DNA of 64,000 nucleotides from contig JBAZJK010000001.1 in the NCBI GenBank assembly GCA_041651355.1, positions 421,883 to 485,882 on the forward strand, in the 5' to 3' direction. The position numbers and the translations under genes were made by a program. The notes under the pieces were generated by a model. That model did not search any database. It was not told the origin of the DNA and saw only the letters and a list, made by a program, of their open reading frames with translations. Shown one piece after another: positions 36,075 to 46,021 of this stretch. Source of the DNA: Patescibacteria group bacterium. Lineage in GTDB: Bacteria > Patescibacteriota > Patescibacteriia > Patescibacteriales > UBA12465. Position 1 is the stretch's first letter, and each line of letters starts with the position of its first letter.

Positions 36075-37899
36075 AATTAGAATTTTGAATTTGCCGCAGC
36101 TTATCGGTCAAATTTTTTAAATCAGACATCAAGGCGTCGACCCGAGCCTTATCAGCTTGTTTCTCAGCCTGGGACAGATCTTTCTCAATCTGCCTAATCT
36201 CCGTCTGCCAAGCTGATTTCTTCAGATCAAGGATGATCTTAATGATTTCATTCTTGACCGCTGCTGGACTGAAACTATAAAAATCCTTTTCTCCTAAAAG
36301 GCTGATCTTGTCGAGCATCGGACCCAATCTTTCGTCTTGATTAAGCAGATAATCCCGAAGCTGAGCATAGTCTAAAACATTAACTTTATTATAATAAATT
36401 ATCAAGTTCCTGTAAAACAAACGGTTGATCTCGCCCACCAGATAATCGGGATCCAGATTATTCAGGCTATACTCCAAAAAATCAGTAAACTTAACTAAGA
36501 GAGCTAAGAGTAGTTCCGACAGCCTGGCCTCGCGGCTCAGGGCCTTATCAGCAGCTACTTCGTCTGCCTTATTAGTCTTTTCTCTCTCTTTAGGCGTACT
36601 AGATGAGGCAAGTTCTGTCTTAGCTACTTCTTCCCGAAGTAGGGGCTCAGGTATGTCTGCCGCCTGGCTGATCCTTTTTAACCAGAAATCAGCTTCGATC
36701 TTATTATTCAGCTGAGAAACCATCTTAAGCAGCTTAGCTACGCCTGTTTTCCGGCTGCTAATTTGGGAAAAATCGAATTCTTCCTCTACTTTCTGAAAAT
36801 AGTATTCCATCATGCTGGGCGCTTGTGATAAAGCACCCTGGAAATCCTTAGGGTTATTACGCAAGCACTCATCCGGATCTTTGCCTTGCGGCAAGACGAT
36901 CACCTTAATATTGAATTCCTGGGCCATTGCCTCTTTCAGGCCGCGATCGGCCGCCATCTGCCCAGCCGCATCCATATCAAAAGCCAGGGCGATATTAGAA
37001 CTGAAACGCTTGATTAAGCGCAGCTGATCAGCGCTTAGGGCTGTACCGGAACTAGCCACCACATTGGTAAAACCATGTTGATGGGCGCTGATGGCGTCCA
37101 TCTGCCCTTCAACGACGACCGCTAGATCTTCTTTCTTGATGCTCTTCTTGGCCCGGTTCAGAGCAAAGACGATTCGACTTTTGTCATACAGTTCAGTCTG
37201 GGGACTATTGATATACTTTCCCATCTTTTCGGTCGCTTCCTTATCAGGGTTAACCCGGGCGGTGAAAGCCACGACATTATTATTCACATCCCAAATAGGA
37301 AACATAATGCGATCACGGAACCTTTCATAGTATCTACCATTCTCAGTCTTAAGAGATAGGCCGGCTAAAAAAATTTCTTCATCGCTATACTTCTGCCCGC
37401 GGGCTGGGCGGGTCTTGAGAAAATTAATCAAGGCGCCCGCTTCTGGGCTATAGCCGATATTCCAAGATTTGATCGTCTCTTCACTCAGGCCGCGACCCAA
37501 GAGATACTGACGACAAGCTTGGCCGCGCCCATCCTTTTCAAGTTGATGAGAGAAATATTTAGCCGCCAAGTCCAAGATATCTAACAGGCGATTGCGGCGC
37601 GAATAGGCAGCCGCATTCTCATGGCGCCAAACGATCCCGGCTTTAGGAGCTAAGAGTCTGAGCGTTTCCATAAAGCCCAATGATTCCATCTCCATGACGA
37701 AAGCCAAGACATCACCACCACGTCCGCAGCCAAAACAATGCCAGATCTGCTTATCCGGGGATATGACAAAAGACGGGGTCTTTTCATGATGGAAAGGACA
37801 TAGGGCTTGAAAATTAGCGCCGACCGCTTTGACCGGCACGTATTCCCTGATCACCTCGACGATGTCGAGGCGAGCTTTAATATCTTCGACTTGGCTCAT
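36055..37899 (-). CDS. dnaG: DNA primase
   Basis: Zinc finger [30 protein letters not shown] and a Toprim region (VVVEGQMD). Confidence 0.93.
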   Translation of the reverse strand: MSQVEDIKARLDIVEVIREYVPVKAVGANFQALCPFHHEKTPSFVISPDKQIWHCFGCGRGGDVLAFVMEMESLGFMETLRLLAPKAGIVWRHENAAAYSRRNRLLDILDLAAKYFSHQLEKDGRGQACRQYLLGRGLSEETIKSWNIGYSPEAGALINFLKTRPARGQKYSDEEIFLAGLSLKTENGRYYERFRDRIMFPIWDVNNNVVAFTARVNPDKEATEKMGKYINSPQTELYDKSRIVFALNRAKKSIKKEDLAVVVEGQMDAISAHQHGFTNVVASSGTALSADQLRLIKRFSSNIALAFDMDAAGQMAADRGLKEAMAQEFNIKVIVLPQGKDPDECLRNNPKDFQGALSQAPSMMEYYFQKVEEEFDFSQISSRKTGVAKLLKMVSQLNNKIEADFWLKRISQAADIPEPLLREEVAKTELASSSTPKEREKTNKADEVAADKALSREARLSELLLALLVKFTDFLEYSLNNLDPDYLVGEINRLFYRNLIIYYNKVNVLDYAQLRDYLLNQDERLGPMLDKISLLGEKDFYSFSPAAVKNEIIKIILDLKKSAWQTEIRQIEKDLSQAEKQADKARVDALMSDLKNLTDKLRQIQNSNYEEENR

Positions 37900-37920
37900 A
37901 ATATTTTAGCCCTCCTTGTC

Positions 37921-38235
37921 TTAGGCGAATAAATCTCCGCCCAAATTTTGTTTTAAACGATTTATCTCTTCAGCTACCAGCTCGCCGTCATATTCGCCGC
38001 TATGGCGGGTTATGCCTTCGTAGCTAGCCTTCTTCTGATCGAGGTGTAAATTAAAACTGAACTTATCACCGCTAGGCTCCACATATAGATGAAAACGGGG
38101 GTAAAAACCCCCAGACAAACGGCGCACGAAACTGACACCGCCCTCGCGGCTTTCGATCAAAGCATAGCCAAGCCGCCGCAACCATTGTTCCGGCGAAAAA
38201 CCTGATAATTGTGCGGGGCTGACTAGTAACTTCAT
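37921..38235 (-). CDS. Hypothetical protein (104 aa)
   Basis: Clean ORF that overlaps the GtrA-like gene stop by 4 nt. No motif recognised. Confidence 0.55.
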   Translation of the reverse strand: MKLLVSPAQLSGFSPEQWLRRLGYALIESREGGVSFVRRLSGGFYPRFHLYVEPSGDKFSFNLHLDQKKASYEGITRHSGEYDGELVAEEINRLKQNLGGDLFA

Positions 38236-38696
38236 TTGTGTTTGCGGAAAATTATGAATTTATAGACGATGAAATTTACAAAGCCCAAGAAGATATTAAC
38301 GATAACCTGGGCCAAAAGATACCAGACGGACAAGGTATTTACTAAAAAATGCATGGCGGCACCATTCAAGTTCAAACCGATTAGAGCGGTCAAAATATAA
38401 AGGAATATCTGACGGGCTAAGCGGGCGGAATTATAATTACGGAAAGTCCAAAATTTCTGCAGGGTAAAACTAACGACGAAAGACAAAATGAAGGCGGCGC
38501 TCGTAGAGAAAACTATCTCTAATTTAAATATCCCATGAAACAGAAACAGGGCCACTAAATCCGTCCCGCCGGCAAAACTGCCAGCGATGATAAACTTAAA
38601 AATCGATTTACGCGAATCCAAATACAGGAATGTCTTCGGCCAACGACGAGAAAAAAGACCGCGGAAAGATTCGTAAAGTTTATTGATTATCGCCAT
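38232..38696 (-). CDS. GtrA-family membrane protein
   Basis: Four TMs. FKFIIAGSFAGGTDLVALFLF and the C-terminal YKFIIFR are typical of GtrA-like proteins. Confidence 0.7.
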   Translation of the reverse strand: MAIINKLYESFRGLFSRRWPKTFLYLDSRKSIFKFIIAGSFAGGTDLVALFLFHGIFKLEIVFSTSAAFILSFVVSFTLQKFWTFRNYNSARLARQIFLYILTALIGLNLNGAAMHFLVNTLSVWYLLAQVIVNIFLGFVNFIVYKFIIFRKHK

Positions 38697-38709
38697 AAAT
38701 AATGAAAAA

Positions 38710-39633
38710 TTAATTCTGCCACTTATAGCCCTGGAAAGTCCAAGCTACTAAGGCCTTAGTTTGCTTGAAACGGTCGTTCTTACTAACGCCGTTTAAGACC
38801 ACCGAAACGATTTCCCGGCCCTCTTTATTCTTGAACTGGCCGACGAAACAGTAGCCGGCTTTCTCAGTATAACCAGTCTTACCACCTTCCAAAAAAATTG
38901 AATCACTCAAGTCGCTGCCCAAAAGATAGTCGGTTGACTCTACTCTCTTATTCTTCCCGTCCAAGGTCTTGAATTCATAATTTTCCGTCAAGGTTGCCCG
39001 CTTGATGTCCTCATTCTTCAAGGCGACCCTAGCTAGGCGGGCAATATCTTTAGCGGTAGATAAATTATTGTCGCTTAAGCCGGTCGGATCGACAAAACTA
39101 GAATCGAACAAGCCCAGCTGCTTAGCTTTCAGGTTCATTTTCTTAATGAATTCTTCCTCACTCAAGCCGGTGGCATGCACTAGGGCTAAAGTAGATCCGT
39201 TGTCAGAAGCGACCAGGCTGGAATAAAAAAGATCTTTTATCCTGACTTCTTCTCCTAAGAACAGAGAAATCTTGCCACCCTCAACCTTATCTTCCGGCTT
39301 GATCTTATAGACTTCTTCCCAGCCGGGATTATGGTCAAGAAAGACCAAGGCGGTTAGCAGCTTAGTGATGCTAGCTAAAGGCTGCTTGATATCGGCATTC
39401 TTTTCCCAGAGGAAACTATTGGTCGAGACATCGAAGATGACCGCCCGATTAGCCGGGATAACCGGATCTTGCCAGCCGGAAATCCGTTCCGCCCTAGGGA
39501 TATCTTGACTGAGAGGCAAACGGTTCTGGTGCAAGGCTTGGCAATCAGCCGACAAGGGCACCGGACTCGGAGATATATTTAATTGTATAAACAATAGGTA
39601 AAGTAAAAGATTGATGAAGGTAGAAAAACACAT
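38710..39633 (-). CDS. Serine-type D-Ala-D-Ala carboxypeptidase (S11, PBP5-like)
   Basis: Motifs SITK (SxxK), SDN (SxN) and KTG. Confidence 0.85.
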   Translation of the reverse strand: MCFSTFINLLLYLLFIQLNISPSPVPLSADCQALHQNRLPLSQDIPRAERISGWQDPVIPANRAVIFDVSTNSFLWEKNADIKQPLASITKLLTALVFLDHNPGWEEVYKIKPEDKVEGGKISLFLGEEVRIKDLFYSSLVASDNGSTLALVHATGLSEEEFIKKMNLKAKQLGLFDSSFVDPTGLSDNNLSTAKDIARLARVALKNEDIKRATLTENYEFKTLDGKNKRVESTDYLLGSDLSDSIFLEGGKTGYTEKAGYCFVGQFKNKEGREIVSVVLNGVSKNDRFKQTKALVAWTFQGYKWQN

Positions 39634-39643
39634 AAGCGGAAAA

Positions 39644-40183
39644 TTAAGCGGTCGCGGCTAAAGCCTGCTCCAAGCTAGGATTCTGATGCAAACGTTCATA
39701 ATCAGGCAGGTCGCTGACCTGTCTCAAGCCTAGGAACTTAATAAAATCTAAACTGACATTGTAGTAATTCTCATTCTTCTGCTTATCGAATTTCTCTTCA
39801 ATCAAGCCCCGCAAGAGGAGATTCCTGATAATCAAGCTGCAATTAACCCCTCTGACTCTCTCAAGTTCCAGCTTGCTCACCGGCCCGCGATAGGCGATTA
39901 CCGTTAAGGCTTCCAAGCTAGGCTGGGTCAGCTCGCCATCCGTTTCATCCTTGAGAAACTCTTTAACCAGAGCAGAATTGGCGGCCGCCGTCGTCAGTTG
40001 ATAGCTATCGCCTTGCTTAATCAGCTGAAAACCTCGATCTGATTCGCTATATGATTGGCTCAACTCTTCCAAGCTAGCGCTGATTAAACTGGTTTTTTCT
40101 TTAGTTAAAACCCCTAGCTCTTTCAAAGATAAAGGCTTAGGAGAAATGAACAGCAAAGATTCTAATTGGGACGCTAAAGACAT
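39644..40183 (-). CDS. scpB: Segregation and condensation protein B
   Basis: LESLLFISPKPLSLKEL...LTQPSLEALTVIAYRGPVSKLELERVRGV, located adjacent to scpA. Confidence 0.88.
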   Translation of the reverse strand: MSLASQLESLLFISPKPLSLKELGVLTKEKTSLISASLEELSQSYSESDRGFQLIKQGDSYQLTTAAANSALVKEFLKDETDGELTQPSLEALTVIAYRGPVSKLELERVRGVNCSLIIRNLLLRGLIEEKFDKQKNENYYNVSLDFIKFLGLRQVSDLPDYERLHQNPSLEQALAATA

Positions 40184-40184
40184 A

Positions 40185-40898
40185 TTAATTATTCTTAATT
40201 AAATGAATCTCGCTAAATAGCTCGACCTGCTCGAAGAGAAGCTCTCTCTGTTTGGCTAATTCCAGAACTGCTAAGAAACTGACGATCACTTCGGTCTTAT
40301 TCCGAGCGCGGGAGATCAGGCTGTTGAAGCTAAACTTGATTTCTTTACTCAAAGCTAAGCGAACCGCACCGATAATATCTTCGATACTGACTTTGCTTTC
40401 CAAACTGGCCTCCGGCAATTTCGTCTCAGTCAGCTCTAAGCGCTTAATAATTTTCAAGATTTCAATTCGTAAATCTTCCGCCTGCAAATTCCTGGGCGGC
40501 AAGAAATCTGGTAAGCTCAAGCGCTTCTTATTTTTCGACCAATCAGGCGTATAAAGGAAATTGTTCTGGGCGATAATATTGGCGATCTTCTCGCTCGCCT
40601 TGATAAATTCCTGATACATCCGCAACTGATCCTTAAGGTCATTAATTTCAGCCTCATCCTCCTGGCTAGCTAGATAGGGCAAAAGAGCGCGCGATTTGAT
40701 AAACATCAGCTTAGCCGCTAAGACTAAAAAATCAGCCATTTCTTCAGGATCGATATCGCTTGCCTTCTGCAGATGCTCGACATACTGGTCCGCGATCTTG
40801 GCTAGATTTATTTCCGTGATATCCAATTCTTCCTTCTCGATTAACTGCAAGAGTAAGCCGAGCGGTCCCTGGAATTTTTCAGTAGAAAAATCGATCAT
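40185..40898 (-). CDS. scpA: Segregation and condensation protein A
   Basis: FQGPLGLLLQLIEKEELDITEINLAKIADQY. Confidence 0.88.
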   Translation of the reverse strand: MIDFSTEKFQGPLGLLLQLIEKEELDITEINLAKIADQYVEHLQKASDIDPEEMADFLVLAAKLMFIKSRALLPYLASQEDEAEINDLKDQLRMYQEFIKASEKIANIIAQNNFLYTPDWSKNKKRLSLPDFLPPRNLQAEDLRIEILKIIKRLELTETKLPEASLESKVSIEDIIGAVRLALSKEIKFSFNSLISRARNKTEVIVSFLAVLELAKQRELLFEQVELFSEIHLIKNN

Positions 40899-40900
40899 AC

Positions 40901-41797
40901 TTATTTGATAAATCCGGCCGCCGTCAAATTACGAATGCCACACCAATAACCAGCTCGATGGTTATCAAAGCTAGTCATAGGCGCATAGAGAAAAGTTGAT
41001 TGGTTATCTACACGGCTATCGGTTCGAAAATTAGCACATAATTCAAAACTGTCTTCGCTTAGCTTATTATAGCTTATCTTCTCGGCGCTAGGATTTAAAG
41101 GAGAAAAACGGGCCTCCTTCTCTAACTCGGCTAAATCAGCAGGCAGTTTCTTATAGCGGCTGAAATAATCATTAACCGCGCTCTCGATGTTATACATGTT
41201 GCTAGTAATCGCTCGATCGAACAGCTTATCACGCGCTACTTTTGGTGATTCCACGTAAAACCAGGCGGCTATAAAAACAGCTGTGACTATCACGAGAGAA
41301 AGGTAGAAATATATTTGGAAAAAAATACTGGGACGATTGAACTCTTGACGCCTGAGGTCGAGAAAATAAAAAGAAAAGATGATAGAAGCTAGAACAAAGA
41401 TGCTAAGCGCTTTAAAGACAAAACGCCAAGTCAGTTCTCCGGACAAGAAATTGTTGATTACACCGATCATCACTCCCAGGATTATGATGGAAGAAACTAG
41501 CAGGATAAAATAAGTCAGCCAGCGGCGCAAGGGGGCATCTGGAGCTAGCTCCCCCTTTTTCAAGCCTTGATAGATAAAACGAGAAATAATATAGAAAACC
41601 GGGGTAGCAATAATCAGTGAGGAAATCGCGAATTTTAAAGCCGAGTTAGAAGCACCGGCGTAACTACTAAGAATATCCGGCACGTTCTTGTCAATGATCT
41701 GGAAAAGGATCATGCCGACAGAAATACTCATAAACACTAAAGCCGCAAAAGATAAAAGGTAATAAAAGGCATATTTAGCGTTGTGTCTTGAACTCAT
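40901..41797 (-). CDS. Polytopic membrane protein (DUF5671-like N-terminus) with pilin-like C-terminal domain
   Basis: KYAFYYLLSFAALVF plus 5-6 TMs. The C-terminus VNDYFSRYKKLPADLAELE...FELCANF resembles pseudopilin globular domains (from recollection). Confidence 0.6.
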   Translation of the reverse strand: MSSRHNAKYAFYYLLSFAALVFMSISVGMILFQIIDKNVPDILSSYAGASNSALKFAISSLIIATPVFYIISRFIYQGLKKGELAPDAPLRRWLTYFILLVSSIIILGVMIGVINNFLSGELTWRFVFKALSIFVLASIIFSFYFLDLRRQEFNRPSIFFQIYFYLSLVIVTAVFIAAWFYVESPKVARDKLFDRAITSNMYNIESAVNDYFSRYKKLPADLAELEKEARFSPLNPSAEKISYNKLSEDSFELCANFRTDSRVDNQSTFLYAPMTSFDNHRAGYWCGIRNLTAAGFIK

Positions 41798-41892
41798 AAA
41801 ATTTGAGTTTATTTTTATTTAATAACAAAAAAATGACAAATTGGTGATTTGAAGAATTATTTGTCTAATCTTAGCTATTTAATTACTAATAT

Positions 41893-41921
41893 ATTTTAGC
41901 TTATTTTCTAAATTTTAGCAA
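41893..41921 (-). promoter_or_regulatory. Sigma70-type promoter for 40901..41797
   Basis: Minus strand reads TTGCTA-N17-TAAAAT. Confidence 0.4.
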
Positions 41922-41964
41922 GAAAAAAACTGTCGAAAACTAAGCTTATCCGCTTCTCAATGTC

Positions 41965-41988
41965 GCTTATTTTTATTTGAAAATAAGC
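41965..41988 (-). terminator. AT-rich hairpin directly after the recO stop
   Basis: GCTTATTTT-N6-AAAATAAGC, a 9-bp stem with no clear U tract. Confidence 0.35.
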
Positions 41989-42735
41989 CTAAAAATCGGA
42001 ATAATGATATTCTAAGAACAATTTTAGCAAACGATTTAATTCTTTTAAATCATGGCTACTGAGAACTATTTTCCTTAAATTAGCAAATTCGAAATCAACG
42101 GCCAGACGTAATAGACGAATGACATTATCTCCTATCTTATAGACTGTTTCCGGAGGCGAAGCCATGCTTTGAAAACAACGCGAACAGAGCAAACCACCGC
42201 GCTCAATATCAAGGTAATTATGGCCGGGCGTAATCAGTTCCCCGGATTGGATGCAAACTGCCAACTCCGGGCTGGTCCCCAAAATGGCCAGCAACTTAGC
42301 TAGGAAAAAATTATAATAAAGGAGACCCAAGCTTTGGCTCAAACCATCGTCTTCACCGGATAAGGATTCTAAGTAACTTTCCAACAAGATGAACAAGGAT
42401 GGATCGGCCTGGCTTGATCTTACCAAGCGATCGAAGAGCTTAAGAGCTTGACCGGCAAAATAAACCTTATTTAAATCAGACTTTAGATCATAGAAAGAGT
42501 TGAGGCTCCAGGCGCTAGCTATATAATCATGGTGACGGCCCCGCAATATCAGTAATTCGCATAAATTAAAAGGTTCGAGATGACCCGCTAATTTCGAGCC
42601 TGAGCGCCTCAAGCCGCGCGCCACCAAATCCAGCTTACCAAAACTCCAGGTAAAGACCCGGAGTTGCATATCGGCTTCATGCTTCGGCTGACGGCTTAAA
42701 ACTATGGCTTTGGTAAGTTTTGAATCTTCTTCCAT
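41989..42735 (-). CDS. recO: DNA repair protein RecO
   Basis: OB-fold N-terminus (AIVLSRQPKHEADMQLRVFT), CxxC...CSRC zinc motif, and typical length. Confidence 0.8.
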   Translation of the reverse strand: MEEDSKLTKAIVLSRQPKHEADMQLRVFTWSFGKLDLVARGLRRSGSKLAGHLEPFNLCELLILRGRHHDYIASAWSLNSFYDLKSDLNKVYFAGQALKLFDRLVRSSQADPSLFILLESYLESLSGEDDGLSQSLGLLYYNFFLAKLLAILGTSPELAVCIQSGELITPGHNYLDIERGGLLCSRCFQSMASPPETVYKIGDNVIRLLRLAVDFEFANLRKIVLSSHDLKELNRLLKLFLEYHYSDF

Positions 42736-42747
42736 AAAACTGGCTAA

Positions 42748-43122
42748 TCAATCATTTTTATCTAAGAAATCCTGCAAAATAACGGCGGCGGCGATCTCAT
42801 CCCTTCCGGCTTTGACCTTATCAGAGCCGAATAGAGCATCAGCTCCTTTACTGCTTAACCTTTCATCTACTAGGGCTAAGGGCAAATTGCTTTGCTTTTC
42901 TAAATTATCCTTGAACGCCTGCCAGAATTGGTTAAGCTTGCCTTGGCCACTCAGTTTCAAAGGGACGCCTAGGACTATCACCCCAACCTCTTCTTCGCTG
43001 ATTACTTTCTGGACCGCCCATAGGCTATCAACAGTCTTAAAGGGTAAGGCCAAGCGGGTTTCTTCATCAGCTAAGGCCAGACCTATCCTTTTTTCCCCCC
43101 AATCGATCCCTAAATATTTCAT
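42748..43122 (-). CDS. ruvX: Holliday junction resolvase-like nuclease RuvX/YqgF
   Basis: YLGIDWGEKRIGLALAD...DERLSS. Confidence 0.88.
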   Translation of the reverse strand: MKYLGIDWGEKRIGLALADEETRLALPFKTVDSLWAVQKVISEEEVGVIVLGVPLKLSGQGKLNQFWQAFKDNLEKQSNLPLALVDERLSSKGADALFGSDKVKAGRDEIAAAVILQDFLDKND

Positions 43123-43126
43123 ATGA

Positions 43127-43960
43127 TTATAAAGCAGTTATAATTTCAGGCCCGGCGTCGGTAATAGCGACGGTATGCTCAAAATGAGCGCTCAAACTCT
43201 TGTCGGCACTGATAATGGTGAAGCGGTTCGGAGCGATCTTAATCCGACTGCTTCCCAGGTTGATCATCGGTTCGATCGCTAAAACCATGCCGGGTTGCAG
43301 AACTAGATTGTCTCGAGAATTATTAGGTATAACATAATTGCAAACGTTCGGCTCTTCATGGGCATAATGGCCGACACCGTGCCCCACTAAATCACGCACT
43401 ACGCCATAGCCGTGGCTTTCAGCTAAAGTCTGAACTGCCCGGCCGATGTCGTTGAGAGTATTGCCCGCTTTAGCCTGCTCTATCCCCAGCCATAAGCAAT
43501 CATGGGTTACCTTGATCAACTTCTTAGCTTCACGGCTAATCTTGCCGACGGCCACGGTCGCGCACATATCGGTAAAATAACCGCCCAGAGGAGAATGGGG
43601 ATTGCGCGGCGCTCCCAATTTCAAACGCAGCTTATCATCAGCCGGCCATTCCATCCCTAAATCAATATCGACAATATCGCCGCTATTTAAAATCCGACTA
43701 GGCAAGGCGGCGCCATGGACGACTTCATCATTGATCGAAATGCACAGGATGGAAGGAAAAAATATCCCTCCGCCCATGTCATAATCCTTAAAAGCGGGTC
43801 GGCCGCCAGCTTCGGCCATAAGCCGAGCGGCTTTAGCTTCCAGTTCAGCCGTACCTAAACCGGGCTTTACCTCTTCGATCAAGCTCTTTAATATGCCAGC
43901 CAAGATTTTACCCCCAGCCCGCATCACCCTTATCTCTTCCTTGCTTTTGAAATAAATCAT
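43127..43960 (-). CDS. map: Methionine aminopeptidase type I
   Basis: VVHG...GDIVDIDLG...VGHGVGH...EPM metal-ligand pattern. Confidence 0.92.
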   Translation of the reverse strand: MIYFKSKEEIRVMRAGGKILAGILKSLIEEVKPGLGTAELEAKAARLMAEAGGRPAFKDYDMGGGIFFPSILCISINDEVVHGAALPSRILNSGDIVDIDLGMEWPADDKLRLKLGAPRNPHSPLGGYFTDMCATVAVGKISREAKKLIKVTHDCLWLGIEQAKAGNTLNDIGRAVQTLAESHGYGVVRDLVGHGVGHYAHEEPNVCNYVIPNNSRDNLVLQPGMVLAIEPMINLGSSRIKIAPNRFTIISADKSLSAHFEHTVAITDAGPEIITAL

Positions 43961-43963
43961 AGA

Positions 43964-44890
43964 TTAATTAGCGCTCTTCAGTTCCCTATTAGCTCTAATG
44001 GACAGGAATAAGAAAATACCTAATAGCACGACAGTGTTAAGCGGGGCCACCCAGAAAGGATATTCTTTACCGAAACTCTCTAGGATCATTAAGATGCCCA
44101 ACATGCCGATGGAATACATAGCGCCATTTTTCAGATAAGAGAACTTAGCAATCAGATTCAAGCCGCGGATAGTGAATTCTCGGACGACGAAAGCCCCTAA
44201 GCCGTTGCCGATAATGATTAAGGGTACGCTCATGGTGAAGGCGAAGGCACCGATGACGCCATCGATAGAAAAGGAGGCATCCAGGACTTCTAGATACAAG
44301 ATCTTACTCCAAGCGCTGATATGCGGGCTGAGCAGCTGCTTTTCTTTCTCTTCGGCGTTGCGCTTAAAGCCATCAGTAATGAAAAAGGTAGAAATGCCGA
44401 TGGTCGAAGCTAAGGCTAACATCGGATTTACTTGTAAAGATAAATAGATGATAAAGGTGGAAAAAATGGAAGAGAAAGCATAGAACCAGACCCCCTGACG
44501 GTGGATAAAACCTTCGACGAAAAAAGCATATTTCTTCTCTTCCAAGAATAACCAGGCTAAAAAAACGAAAAAAAGATAAACTCCGCCCCCTAAAAGCAAT
44601 AGAGGCTTGGAGGCGGCGAGCGACTTCTCCACTGCTTCCCCGCCGGCAAAAGCGACTCGGAAAATATCCCCTGGGCTTAGGGCTGGATTAGCGATCCAAA
44701 CGATTAAAAACGGCAAGACGCCACGGACAATGAAGACGGCGAACAGAAGGCCCCAAATTAAAAACCAACGCCGGAATTTCGGCGGCATCGTCTTGAGGAT
44801 GTGAGCATTAACAATAGCATTATCAATACTACTGATAACCTCAAAGACCATTAAACCTAGGATGATGACGAAAATTTCCATATTAATCAC
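43964..44890 (-). CDS. DUF475/TerC-like integral membrane protein
   Basis: SSIDNAIVNA and LEVLDASFSIDGVIGAFA motifs, with about 8 TMs. Confidence 0.6.
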   Translation of the reverse strand: MINMEIFVIILGLMVFEVISSIDNAIVNAHILKTMPPKFRRWFLIWGLLFAVFIVRGVLPFLIVWIANPALSPGDIFRVAFAGGEAVEKSLAASKPLLLLGGGVYLFFVFLAWLFLEEKKYAFFVEGFIHRQGVWFYAFSSIFSTFIIYLSLQVNPMLALASTIGISTFFITDGFKRNAEEKEKQLLSPHISAWSKILYLEVLDASFSIDGVIGAFAFTMSVPLIIIGNGLGAFVVREFTIRGLNLIAKFSYLKNGAMYSIGMLGILMILESFGKEYPFWVAPLNTVVLLGIFLFLSIRANRELKSAN

Positions 44891-45362
44891 GTGAAAAATG
44901 CTTTAATATCTTTTTAAAATCGCTTTTATCATTTCTGGTCAGGGGGACGGAGCTGCTATTTCTAAGTTGTTGGATAAGCTTTAAGCGGTCTAAGCGATTA
45001 AACCCGCCTAAATGGTTAACTTTTAACATATTATCTTTCCGAGACAGGACTTTTTCAACGTCCGGCAAATTATCGGCGAAATTTTCAAATTCTGGATTAT
45101 GGTAAACTAAATGATGTAAACTTTTGTGCAAAGAATTAGGACCGCTAACTCGTAAATGACCTACCTCTGGCAAGCTGTCTAAACGGCTTGATTTAGCTGA
45201 TAAGCGCTTATTAGGATTCAAACCGACGCCTCCGTCGACTCCCTGCCCATGGCTTATAGGGGGACTCTGTGGCCGATAATTATTATTATTTAAAGGCAAG
45301 GGGTTAATCGGATTAATCATAATAAAAAATATTAACGACTTTGCACCTATGGCCTCAGCCAT
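44883..45362 (-). CDS. Hypothetical protein; C-terminus paralogous to 45368..45667 (alternative start 45320, MINPINPL)
   Basis: Its C-terminus RLKL...LTRNDKSDFKKILKHFSRD parallels NRLKLNLTHQDLETIKDILESFKTD. Confidence 0.5.
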   Translation of the reverse strand: MAEAIGAKSLIFFIMINPINPLPLNNNNYRPQSPPISHGQGVDGGVGLNPNKRLSAKSSRLDSLPEVGHLRVSGPNSLHKSLHHLVYHNPEFENFADNLPDVEKVLSRKDNMLKVNHLGGFNRLDRLKLIQQLRNSSSVPLTRNDKSDFKKILKHFSRD

Positions 45363-45367
45363 AAAAC

Positions 45368-45667
45368 TTAGTCTGTCTTAAAGCTCTCCAAGATATCCTT
45401 GATAGTCTCAAGATCCTGATGAGTCAGATTAAGTTTCAAGCGGTTCTGATACAGGTGGTAGGAATCCTCCCTAATGGTATAGCCGGAGACCCCAATCCCC
45501 TTCCTAATCTTATCCTTATACTTATGCACCAGGTCCAAAATCAAAGATTGGTTAGCCTCATTTAAATGCCGGAAACTCGGTTGCTTGCGCAAGAGCTCGT
45601 CAAAATGCTGTTCAATCTGGTAATCTGTCAGATTCTTAGCATTCTGGAATACGCTTTTTATATCCAT
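45368..45667 (-). CDS. Hypothetical protein (99 aa)
   Basis: Clean ORF; tandem paralog of the downstream gene's C-terminal region. Confidence 0.55.
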   Translation of the reverse strand: MDIKSVFQNAKNLTDYQIEQHFDELLRKQPSFRHLNEANQSLILDLVHKYKDKIRKGIGVSGYTIREDSYHLYQNRLKLNLTHQDLETIKDILESFKTD

Positions 45668-45743
45668 ATTTGTAGCTTTATACTTAAATTATAGCAGAAA
45701 TATTGAATAAAAAAAGAGCTGGTTTTAAGCCAGCTCGAATCGA

Positions 45744-45965
45744 TTAATCACTGTGGACCCAAATAGCTCCGAGTGAATCCCGCCTTACCCTAATCACTGG
45801 ATGGTGCAGGCTAAGCCTTACCAGGATATCATTAACGATTTGCGATTTAGGGGCTATTCCTTTGTTTTTAAGAATCTCCAATAAAGTCAGAGATAAGGGC
45901 TTGGGCATAGAGACGATGTCGTTTATGACCAATTGTTTCAGGTGTTCTTCCCTGTCTATAAACAT
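45744..45965 (-). CDS. Hypothetical small protein (73 aa)
   Basis: ORF immediately downstream of secY. No motif recognised. Confidence 0.45.
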   Translation of the reverse strand: MFIDREEHLKQLVINDIVSMPKPLSLTLLEILKNKGIAPKSQIVNDILVRLSLHHPVIRVRRDSLGAIWVHSD

Positions 45966-46021
45966 GATTTAGGTTTTTTTGTTATAGATTACTTGATTAA
46001 TTGAATATTTATTATTTTAAA

